A DNA stretch of 64,000 bases from Eledone cirrhosa (Eukaryota): NCBI GenBank assembly GCA_964016885.1, contig OZ024741.1, forward strand, positions 132,122,001-132,186,000, read 5' to 3'. The position numbers and the translations under genes are program-made. Below are positions 53,401 to 64,000 of this stretch, one piece after another (position 1 is the first letter of the stretch; every line of letters begins with the position of its first letter). The notes beneath the pieces were generated by a model, which saw only the letters and a list, made by a program, of their open reading frames with translations, had not been told where the DNA came from and did not search any database.

Positions 53401-53716
53401 TGGGGTGAGGGGAGTGTGTGCGTGTACATATATGTGTATATGTGTATGTACCTATGTATGAGAGAGAGACAGACAGACAGGCAGAGAGCGAGTGTGGCGG
53501 GGGGGGGGCGTGTGCGTACATATATGTGTATATGTGTATGTACCTATGTATGAGAGAGAGAGGGAGAGAGAGAGTGTGTGTGTGTATGTATGTGTGTGTG
53601 TGTGTGCGTGCGTGTGTGGCTGTGTATGTGTGTGTGTCCAGTCCACAAATATCTGGTAGCTAGCTATATGTATGAGAGAGAGAGAGAGAGAGAGAGTGTA
53701 TGTGTGTGTGTGTGTA

Positions 53717-53756
<40 letters not shown>

Positions 53757-54013
53757 TGTGTGCGTGTGTGCGCGCGTGTGTGGCTGTGTGTATGTGTGTG
53801 TGCCCAGTCCACAAATATCTGCTCGCTAGCTATATGTATGAGAGACAGAGAGAGAGAGTGTGTGTGTGTGTGTGTATGTGTGTATGTGTGTGTGTGCGCC
53901 CAGTCCACAAATATCTGCTAGCTAGCTATATGTATGAGAGACAGAGAGAGAGTGTGTATGTGTGTGTGTGTATGTGTGTATGTGTATGTGTGTGTGTATG
54001 CGTATGTGTGTAT

Positions 54014-54049
<36 letters not shown>

Positions 54050-54085
54050 CCAGTCCACAAATATCTGCTAGCTAGCTATATGTAC
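53300..54085. repeat. Compound minisatellite (ccagtccacaaatatctg..gctagctatatgta x4 within TG/GA tracts)
   Basis: Units near 53638, 53804, 53900 and 54050. Confidence 0.85.
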
Positions 54086-54169
54086 AATAGAGTAGTAGTA
54101 CCAAACACTGTTGCCATTGACCATTTCCTGTCTTTGATCTCTTGTCGTGTCATTTGATGCTTCATGTGA

Positions 54170-54397
54170 TAGTGGTGGTGGTGGTGGTGGTGTTAGTGGT
54201 GGTGGTGGTGGTGGTGGTGGTGGTGTTGGTGGTGCTGGTGGTGGTGGTGGTGGTGGTGGTGGTGGTGTTAGTGGTGGTGGTGGTGGTGGTGGTGTTAGTG
54301 CTGGTGGTGGTGGTGGTGTTAGTGGTGTTGTTGTTGGTGGTGGTTGTGTTAGTGGTAGTGGTGGTGGTGTTAGTGGTGGTGGTGGTGGTGGTGGTGA
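54170..54397. repeat. (GGT)n microsatellite
   Basis: Direct inspection. Confidence 0.95.
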
Positions 54398-54663
54398 TAG
54401 GTGATTTCTGGCTGCGATTACTAGCAATATTGTTAAAAGCTTTGTTGTTGCACCTTATGAGTATTATGTAAACACACACCCACGCTTGTTCACACACGAA
54501 CACTCAGGCGCAAGAACACATACATTATACACGCACATATACTCACACATACACATACACACACACATGCACCCACACTCATATATGTATTCTTTTTTTT
54601 CTTTTACTGTTTTCAGTCATTTGAATGTGGCCATGCTGGGGCACCGTATATATATTTGTGTGC

Positions 54664-54739
<76 letters not shown>

Positions 54740-55020
54740 GTGTGTGTGTGTGTAACTGAGATTACATTTATTGTATTCAGCCATGTAGAACGAAAAAACA
54801 TTTTTTTTTTTAATGTGGCAAAGCCGGCCATCGCTCCTACACAGGAAACTGACTGGCCAGTCTGCTGATATGCAAATCTGGCTGATCAGTGGATCTACTA
54901 ATATGCAGATCTGACAGATCAGCCAGTCTGCTAATATGCAAATTAGCCCGATCAGTCACTGTGTATTTTAGAAAATATCATATATTTTCACTAGCTCTGA
55001 CAGTTTGGCAGGTGAAGAGT

Positions 55021-55070
55021 GAACTGTACTGATGAAGGGTGATACCCAGAAACATTAGTGTCTGCAGTTC
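55021..55070 (+). ncRNA. Type I hammerhead ribozyme
   Basis: gaactgta-CTGATGA-agggt gat accca-GAAA-ca ttag tG TC-tgcagttc; 8-bp stem I, GUC triplet, cut after 55062. Confidence 0.85.
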
Positions 55071-55214
55071 TGTTTACATGCCAACACAAGACCAAGAATG
55101 AAGGGTTCATTCTACTGACATGGCTATAAAATTGAGGCTTGTTTGCATAATTGCAAACGAATCGAAACAATAATTAATATCGAAAAACTCAGATTACGTT
55201 TATATACATATATA

Positions 55215-55307
<93 letters not shown>

Positions 55308-55308
<1 letters not shown>

Positions 55309-55403
55309 TTAGGGTAGTAAAGTGGGTAATAGGAGAAAGTATGCCCCCGGCGGCAGAGCTCAAGCCGTTTCGACGGCTATCCTCTGGACTTTAGTCCAGA
55401 AAT
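55308..55403 (-). mobile_element. Family F fragment
   Basis: tagggtagtaaagtgggtaatagg..gagctcaagccgtttcgacggcta. Confidence 0.75.
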
Positions 55404-55898
55404 AATGAATGAATGAGCTCTCAATATATAGAGTTAATTTATTATTGAATGGTAATTAACATACATTTTCTAACGAATTGATAGTTATTAATATACGAGT
55501 GAATCACCTCCAATAATGGGATGTGACTACTCACATCATGAAACTTAAATATTCTATGAAAATGTATGCCAATATACCATGTGCCCCTCCCCCCTCACTC
55601 TCACTAAGCGTGAACCTAATACCATTTGTAACTTGTACTCCTGCGTTCTCGTTTGTTGTTTTTGTATTTCGATATATATATATATATATGTGAGAAAAAC
55701 CACAGACCCTCCATCTCAACTCACCTTTTGAAAAGCAGAAGAACTGCGAAACCGGTAAAGGAACCAAATAAATATATATATTTTTTAAAAAAATAAAACT
55801 TCAGTTGCATTTTCGATTTCATCTCTTTTTCTTTATACTTTCACTCGTGTAGGACACCTCGGTTATTTTTCATTTTGTAAAAAAACCCTCACTTTCTA

Positions 55899-55973
<75 letters not shown>

Positions 55974-55992
55974 GATGGATAGATAGATAGGT

Positions 55993-56284
55993 ATCGACCT
56001 GTTACGTAAGCTTCACAAATGATTAGCTCATGGTCAACTATGGAAGTTATGGACCCGATTCCAGCATCGATCTACTCGTCAGACTTGGTGATTCAACAAA
56101 AAAACAATTTTCGGTTCGCGAACAATTTTTTCCGAAGAACGTCTCAGTTGAGGAACCGTGTCTCAAATAACGAACACGCAAGCCGGCAACAAAAGTTGGC
56201 GACAAGCTGGGAGCCTCGCTGAGAAAGCGTCACTTGCTGTAAAGTTAGTAACTATCGTGATAACTATCTGGCATTCACACGCAG

Positions 56285-56348
<64 letters not shown>

Positions 56349-56498
56349 TATATTCGTGAACCGAGCTTCCATTATTTATATATATATATTCTGTTTTTTT
56401 GTTGAATCTGACGAGTAGATCGATGCAGGAATTGGGTCCACAACTTCCATAGCTGACCTTGAACCTATCATTTGTCAAACTTACGTAACAGTTCGATA
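55993..56498. repeat. Diverged inverted repeat (about 93-bp arms) carrying a CTGACGA half-core
   Basis: gcatcgatctactcgtcaga / tctgacgagtagatcgatgc; ctgttacgtaag / cttacgtaacag. Confidence 0.7.
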
Positions 56499-56527
56499 AC
56501 TAATGAAACCATGCAAACGAAACTTCA

Positions 56528-56712
56528 TGGCAGTATCGTTAAGAGCGTCGGACGCCATGCTTTTACACCATGGAGTTACGGGCCTTTACGATCTGAGTTC
56601 AAATCCCGCCGAGGTTAACTTTGCCTTTCATCCTTACGGGGTCGATAAAATAAAGTACCAGTAATGCACTGGGATAATTGCTGGCCTTGTGCCAAAAGTA
56701 GAAACAATTATT
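56528..56712 (+). mobile_element. SINE S1
   Basis: Full copy. Confidence 0.9.
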
Positions 56713-56794
56713 TTTCTTTATGTCTGTATCTATATATATATGTGTGTGTGTATGTGTGTATGTGTGTATGTGTATGTGTGTGTGTGTGTGTGTG

Positions 56795-57900
56795 GACATG
56801 CAGTTGATATTGGATACCTTCTCCAGTGCATACACTGTGTTTGGACTAATTATTAGTATAAAAAAGACAAAGTTCACGTACACTCCACCAGTTGGGGAAG
56901 TGTATTTGAAGCCAAACATTTTCGTGGGGGGAAAAAGACTTGAAGTGATGGACAGCTTTGGGTATCTCGAAGTATACTTAATGGAGATGGTACTTCGATG
57001 CTGAAATAGATCACAGGATTACGAAGGCCAGTCTTGCCTTCGTGATCCTTGAGATACGCGTCTGGTCAAATCGGGTTCTCACGAGAAATACAAAGCTCTC
57101 TGTGTATGAGGCCTGTGTTCTTACAGCCCTGGTATACGGGTGCGAAATGTGGACATCAGGCAGCTGGAAAGGTTTCATCAGCATTGTATTCGACGCCTCC
57201 TGAATATCAAGTAGTCCTCTTATACACCTGATGCTGCTGTATTGAGAAAGCGTGCAGCTCCAGTATTGCGAGGAGGATTATTATGAACCAGATGCGTTGG
57301 CCTGATCTTGTGATCAGGATGGAAGATGGAAGACTGCCTAAAGAGTTTTTTATGGGGAACTGACCAGAGGAAAAAGACCATAGCTTAAATCAAAGCTCTG
57401 AAGATTGATATACAGAATTAGGAGGAACGGGCTGAAGGCCATGCATCATGGAGAAAGATCATCAGGTATGGATATGATGTCTTTCAGAAAACATGAGTGG
57501 AGCTTGCTGTTTTGAAGCGTTCAGTCCATAAGAGGGACCCATGTGCAGTGCCTTCAAAAATCCAGTATGGATTGAGGTGAAATGTGTTTGTCCATTTTCT
57601 TCAAACAAGAGCTGGATTCGTCAACCATCTAAAATCACACGAGCAAGGGAGAAAACGAGCCATCTTTGAGATGGGTCTATCTTCACACACACCACCGCAC
57701 ATTTGCAGTGAGCGTGGCTTAACTTGCAAGTCAGGTGGTGGATTGACTAGACATGGTACATGATGACACACCCCAGCCTGTTTTGCCAGGTAACTGACAG
57801 CTCAAATGTCACATCTGCAAAACAAATGCGGGTCTGAAAGGTCACCTACGTGCACATGACCGTGCAATGTTCAATGAAAGGATAGCACTCTTCTGACACG
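56795..57900 (+). mobile_element. Decayed RTE (BovB-like) LINE with zinc-finger remnants
   Basis: DMQLILDTFSSAYTVFGLIISIKKTK; MEDGRLPKEF; CKSGGGLTRH; homologous in layout to 8003-8718. Confidence 0.75.
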
Positions 57901-58254
57901 AAGTAGCAATCAGTATATGTACAAAGGCAAACATATATAAGTACACCAGTCATATATGCATGACTGAGTGGCTATGCATGTATGTTTGCAAGTATGTGTG
58001 TGTGTGTGTGTGTGTGTCGCCACGTCGTCAGCTGACAATATAAAACAAAGCATTAGCGACATCCTTTCTAGCTGCAAGTTAATGATTTCTCGTGAAACAT
58101 GATTTCGTTGGCAGAGCAATCGTGAATAATAAGGGTTACTGATTTAGGCATAAGGCCATTAATTTTTTTTTTTGGGGGGGGGGGGGATTAAATCGACCCC
58201 AGTGCGTTGCTGGCAGTTTATTTTATCGACTCCGTAAGGATAAAAGGCAATTAA

Positions 58255-58840
58255 TGACTACCTACAGTATGTTTCATAAGAAGATGATGTTGATCAACTG
58301 TGTGTAAGAGGTCTAATTATCGTGGAGGACTGTGTTCATATGGAGAAGAGTTGTTCACACAAATATGTTTCTGAGAGTAACAATAAAGGCTGTGTTGAAG
58401 GAGGAGACAATAGGACAGCGGATGTCCATGAAAGAAGTAACAACAAAGAGGAAGAACAACCTGAAAGAAAAGGCCCTTCTTATCATCTTTTTGAAGTTAG
58501 CAGAATTCAGAGATCCGCAGACTTGGAACTGGTTAAAGAAAGGGGACCTTAAGAAAGTCACACAGGATCAAGCCCTTAGATCGAAGTGGATGAAATACCA
58601 TATTAACAAGGAGGAGGCTAGCCTGCTCTATAGGATCTGTGAAGAAAGAGAAGGGAAACTGTGGTTCACATCGTATCCGAGTGGAAACACCTAGCTCAGA
58701 CTTACTATAAAGGATGGAGGCATGATCTCATAGGAAAAGTGATTCACTGACAGTTATACAAACTGAGAAATGGAATGACCATAAGCCAGAGTTGATGATA
58801 GGAAACGATCGGGTGAAGGTGCTGTTCGACTTAAAACTGT
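58255..58840 (+). mobile_element. Decayed R4/Dong-like fragment
   Basis: WNWLKKGDLKK..QDQALRSKWMKYHINK..YRICEERE. Confidence 0.7.
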
Positions 58841-59845
58841 AAGTCAGCAATACTGGAACATAGGATGAGTGTGTGCGACATCTCCTTGATTATCAAAAGC
58901 ACCATAGGAAAGTGTTTCTCTCGTCTCGATTCTCTCCAACCTACAGGCGTATGCTTAGAGTAGGCCTATTTATTTGGACCATTCTCGCTACATTCACCCA
59001 CCTTTTAATAAATATACAGGAGGAAGCATTTCGTTCAGTACGCTCACCTTCCTTTCTTAGTGGTACTTGAAGAAGTCCATGAGGGCTTAGCAGAAGACGA
59101 ATGTCTTTAGTCATTTCAGCCCTATCCCCCACAAGACCGCTTTCGTCATAATCACCAGTCAGAGGAAAACTGCCTCTATTTACCATAAATGTTTACAAAA
59201 AGATCGAGGACGGTACAGGACGATACAGTGAGCATTTACATGAAAACGAGTAAAAAAAACATTATATAACGATAACCCCTCAAAAATGGTTAACAATAAA
59301 ATGAAACAAAGAAAATTCCATAATCGGAGCGGGAGATTTCCGCGAACCACTCATGAAAAACCCCCACAAAAAGCCATAGTCACCTTGACCACTATGCCAT
59401 GTGTCTTCTCCCTACTACAATCTTGAGATGCTTACTGAGAACAGGCGCGATACACCATTCAATATATTTGCTGGGAGGCAGTACTTCCCTTTCCACCCAC
59501 AATATTATATTCAAGTGAAACTTGAAATGTTATATAAGGGCTTAGGCTAAGAGTAAAATGCCTGTCTTCAGTCATTTCAACCTCGCCCACCATTCAATCT
59601 CTCTCGCCATAACCACTAGTCAAATAAAAACAGCCTGCATTTCCAAGCCGAAGGAAGGCAGCGGCGAGATCTTCAGAATAGACTCAGTTAACAGCGGGAT
59701 CAGACTTACAATTTTTTTAGCAACTGCTCGACATAACTCCATAAATCTGCAATGGTACTTGACGAGTGCATGCATGACTGTTTCGTCACTATGTGTGAAT
59801 CCGAGATACGCTCGGCTGATGGTATTCCCGTGCCTATAGAGTTTA

Positions 59846-60330
59846 TCCTAAACTAATAAATCTATTCTGCTCGATCGGTTGTTTTTGTCATAACTTATTG
59901 TTTTCTTAACCTAATAGAATGTGATTGGAAGATTTGTGGATATTCCAAGCCCGTTGTGTAACCCCGTGTTGGCTTATAAAACATGTTGGTTCTATAATTA
60001 TGTTGTTATTGTTGCGTTTGTTTTTCTCCAAACCAGCTGCGATTTGGCTAACCAAATTCGTTCCAGCTACAACTATCCCATCTTTTTATATATTTATATA
60101 TTTATTCGTGCATTAGATTTTATATATCACATTTTTGTATATCATAATGTCTATTGTATTTATTGTTCCTTTTTAGGGTGTAATTAGATGTAGGGTGTAA
60201 TTTGAAAAATATTTAGTTGCTATGATTAGCAAGTCTATGGATCATAGAAGTTTGCTTATTTTAGTTTAACAAAATAAACAATTTGTTTTTATATATTTAG
60301 AACTCGGACAACGCCGGATACCACAGTTAA
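59846..60330 (+). mobile_element. Possible non-autonomous Helitron-like element
   Basis: 5' atcctaaactaataa; 3' GC-rich cggacaacgccgga before a degenerate terminus. Confidence 0.3.
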
Positions 60331-60552
60331 TATAATAATGTGAATGTTAAGATACGTAATTACTAAACCCATTTATTCTGATTATTTAATTAGAATCACA
60401 CAGTGAGGAGACACTTTATAAACTTAATTATTAATCCTGGTCTGGAACGGCAAGAAGATAATTCTAAACTTGAAATTAATTAAAATTAATTACAAATAGA
60501 ATGTGATGAGGAGTGAGTGTGGTTATAATAACGGTTATGTTTTGATCTTATT

Positions 60553-61180
60553 TGGATTGGAAGTATCGGTAGAAGGTTGGACGCTACACTTTGCAGCATA
60601 GAGTTATGGCCCTTTACGGTCTGGGTTCAAATCCCGCCGAGGTTAACTTTGCTTTTCATCCTTACGGGGTCGATAAAATAAAGCACCAGTAATGCACTGA
60701 GGTAATTGCTGGCCTTGTGCCAAAGGTAGAAACAATTAGAAATCAAAGAAGAGTGGTGTGTTGGCAGTATCGGTAGAGCGGTGGACAACATGCTTTGTGG
60801 CATATAGTTACGTCTCTTTACGTTCTGAGTTCAAATCCTGTCGAGGTCATCTTTGCCTTTCACTTTTATGGAGTCGATGAAATAAAGTACCAATAACTTA
60901 CTGGGGTCAATCTAATCGACCTTCCTCTCTCCCAAATTGTTCGCCTTGTGCCAAAATCATTATTATTATTTGGACTGGCAGTATCGGTAGAGGGTCGGAC
61001 GCCATGCTTTGACGCATAGAGTTACGGCCCTTGCCATTCTGAGTTCAAATCCCGCCGAGGTTAACTTTGCCTTTCATCCTTACGGGGGGTCGATAAAATA
61101 AAGTACCAGTAACGCACTGGATAATTGTTGGCCATGGACCAAAAGTAGAAACAATTATTTGGACTGGCAGTATCGGTAGA
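60553..61180 (+). mobile_element. Head-to-tail cluster of three SINE S1 copies plus a fourth head
   Basis: Heads near 60553, 60761, 60971 and 61160. Confidence 0.9.
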
Positions 61181-61376
61181 TATGAAGTATATAGTATGAC
61201 TGGTAATGTCAAACATAAAATTACTGTGAGATATATACACCACTAGACCGCGCGTCACCCGTTGAGTCAAGTTCCCTTCAAAATATATTTTTTTAAATCA
61301 TGCTCACTTAAAAATAATTTTTAAATAATTAAAATATACACAGACATGTATATCATGTGACATGAAACTGGAAGGC

Positions 61377-61404
<28 letters not shown>

Positions 61405-61412
<8 letters not shown>

Positions 61413-62877
61413 AGATCAAAAGATGGTTAAAGGAGTTCCATATATTTTATTATGCGCATTTCAAAAACAAACATCATCAAGCAATAATATTTGTGTTTTC
61501 ATCAGATAAAACAGGAGAACATGATATGAAGGCTAAAAAACACTTGTGGATAGTGCAGTTTTAAATCAACATATGAAAAGTGGTTTTAGATTGATGTGTG
61601 ATATTGGGAAAAATATTTTATTTAGAGAGGGGGGGGGATGAAAAGGGAAGGAGATGAGAGGGAGAGATGGGTGATAGAGAGAAAGAGATAGTTTTTATAA
61701 CTGAGAGGAGATATATTTTTTACATAGAGAGGTTGAAAACCGTTGGAAGATACTGTATAAATTAAAAATTTTGAAAATTAACGAAGGGAGGATATGTGCG
61801 AGGAAAAAATATTTTATTTAGGGAGGGGGGGTGGAAAGGATGAAAAAAAGGGGGAGGAGATGAGAGTGAAGGTGGAGAGGGAGAGATGGGTGATAGAGAG
61901 AAAGAGATAGTTTTTATAACTGAGAAAAAGATATATTGTTTTAATATAGAGAGGTTGGGAACCGTTGGAAGATAATGTATAAATTAAAGGAATTTGAAAA
62001 TTAACGAAGGGAAATTATGTATGAAGATAGAGAGAAAAAAATAATAATTGTGGGTGAATATTCTAACGTCAAAAGAAGAAATGTATGTATTGTGGCAATT
62101 TCAAAATTAGCGAAGAGAAAAATTGTTAAGGTTTGTGTGTAGAAGGATTTGAGAAAAATAATGTGAAGTTAAAGTTTGTATATTGAATTGATAATATGTG
62201 AGAATAAAGAGTTAATATGTATTAATAATGAGATCGTTGATGGGGAGAAAAAAATAATAATAAATTAAGGATGAAATTGAGATTAAAAAGATTTATGATA
62301 GAGAGAAAAAATAATAATGATTGCGGATGAATATTCAAAATGTCAAAAACAAATGTTATGAATTTACGAGAAGATAGAATGAGGGTAATGAGTAAACGAG
62401 TATTATAGAGTGTATAATGCCCTTTAAAGTAAGGTAGATGGGTATATTTTAAAGAGGTGTATGTATATGTGCCTTTGAGAAAAGATTCTAAATTGATAAA
62501 GAATTGAATATTAACTGTATACTTTGTGAAAAGTTCTATGGAATTTATGCAGGCAGATAGAAAACAAATCTGAGCGTTTATTTATTATAGAATCTAGGTT
62601 AGAGATAATGGTAAATTTTTCATTTAGGCAGAGATTACAGATTTTAGATAGAGAGCTGTTCAAGTATGAGGATGCAGAAGAAATCTTCTTCCAAAAGATG
62701 GTATATTTAATGTTTTTGTCTTTTAAGGACCATATGAGTTCTGAGATAATAAAATATATGGAACTCCTTTAACCATCTTTTGATCTTATATTATGCATAC
62801 TCCAGTCCCACAAACTGTAGAGTGCTTCTTATCCGATATCTGCATTGCTTTATTGTACTACAATAAAACTCACCTCC

Positions 62878-62881
<4 letters not shown>
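61405..62881 (-). mobile_element. 5'-truncated Penelope-like element (element E) with inverted 3'-end copy
   Basis: Minus frame 62747-62511: ISELIWSLKDKNIKYTIFW...ICNLCLNEKF..INKRSDLFSICLH*; about 1-kb 3' UTR; HHR 61443-61513; IR 61405-61453 / 62746-62794; (TA)n flanks. Confidence 0.88.
61443..61513 (-). ncRNA. Type I hammerhead ribozyme
   Basis: tgttttat-CTGATGA-aaacacaaatatt..gatgtttgttttt-GAAA-tgcgcA TA-ataaaata. Confidence 0.85.
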
Positions 62882-62912
<31 letters not shown>

Positions 62913-62976
62913 GGTAAATACGTGTGTGTATGTATATATATATAAATGTGTGTGTGTATACATATCTCTCTTTCTC

Positions 62977-63112
<136 letters not shown>

Positions 63113-63132
63113 CATATATATATATATGTATA

Positions 63133-63735
<603 letters not shown>

Positions 63736-63847
63736 GAGTTTTGAAGTGAGGAGACCACTGAAATATATCACTATTTTCTAATATTTTCTCTCTTTTTTTC
63801 CTTTCTCTTTTCTTGATCAATTTCCAGGTACCAGCGTTAAAGACATC

Positions 63848-64000
63848 ATGCATATGTTATTGTCAGTTCTCGTCCTACTGGCGAGTTTGCATCACATCTC
63901 GTCACAGGAGTGTCAGACATTGCGTTCTGAAATTAACGTCAACAAATACGTCAACGTGGAATACCGTGGGCGACAGGTTGAGGTACGTTGCACAGGTCGT
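63848..64000 (+). CDS. First coding exon of a secreted cystine-knot hormone, bursicon-beta-like (runs off window)
   Basis: Polypyrimidine tract and tttccag acceptor (exon from 63828); MHMLLSVLVLLASLHHISSQ signal peptide; ECQTLRSEINVNK...GRQVEVRCTG resembles bursicon-beta CETL.SEI...K...GR..RTC.G. Confidence 0.6.
   Translation, partial: MHMLLSVLVLLASLHHISSQECQTLRSEINVNKYVNVEYRGRQVEVRCTGR

Noticed and set aside
53630-54085. Regularly spaced 35-bp repeats resembling a CRISPR array
   Set aside because: Spacers are microsatellites, context is eukaryotic and there are no cas genes; it is a minisatellite.

Overview
AT-rich, microsatellite-saturated animal genomic DNA. The SINE family, LINE mix and (TA)n density resemble octopod cephalopods (inference). 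Almost all listed ORFs are microsatellite artefacts or decayed retroelements: tRNA-derived SINEs, RTE, R4/Dong, CRE and L1/Tx1 LINE fragments, Tc1/mariner and hAT MITEs. The only host coding exon I can support starts at 63848 and encodes a signal peptide plus a bursicon-beta-like cystine-knot N-terminus. The main non-obvious signal is a dense set of hammerhead-ribozyme (HHR) retro-insertions embedded in (TA)n tracts, with about 15 recognisable type I HHRs from many unrelated families. Most sit in asymmetric fold-back (inverted-repeat) insertions. Three of these still carry Penelope-like (GIY-YIG) coding sequence, which links the hairpins to Penelope-like retrotransposition. One insertion is a non-coding 630-bp unit present 1.4 times with a canonical HHR, i.e. 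retrozyme-like. Several insertion ends fall at or just 3' of the predicted cleavage site. All coordinates and pairings were read by eye and may be off by a few bases.
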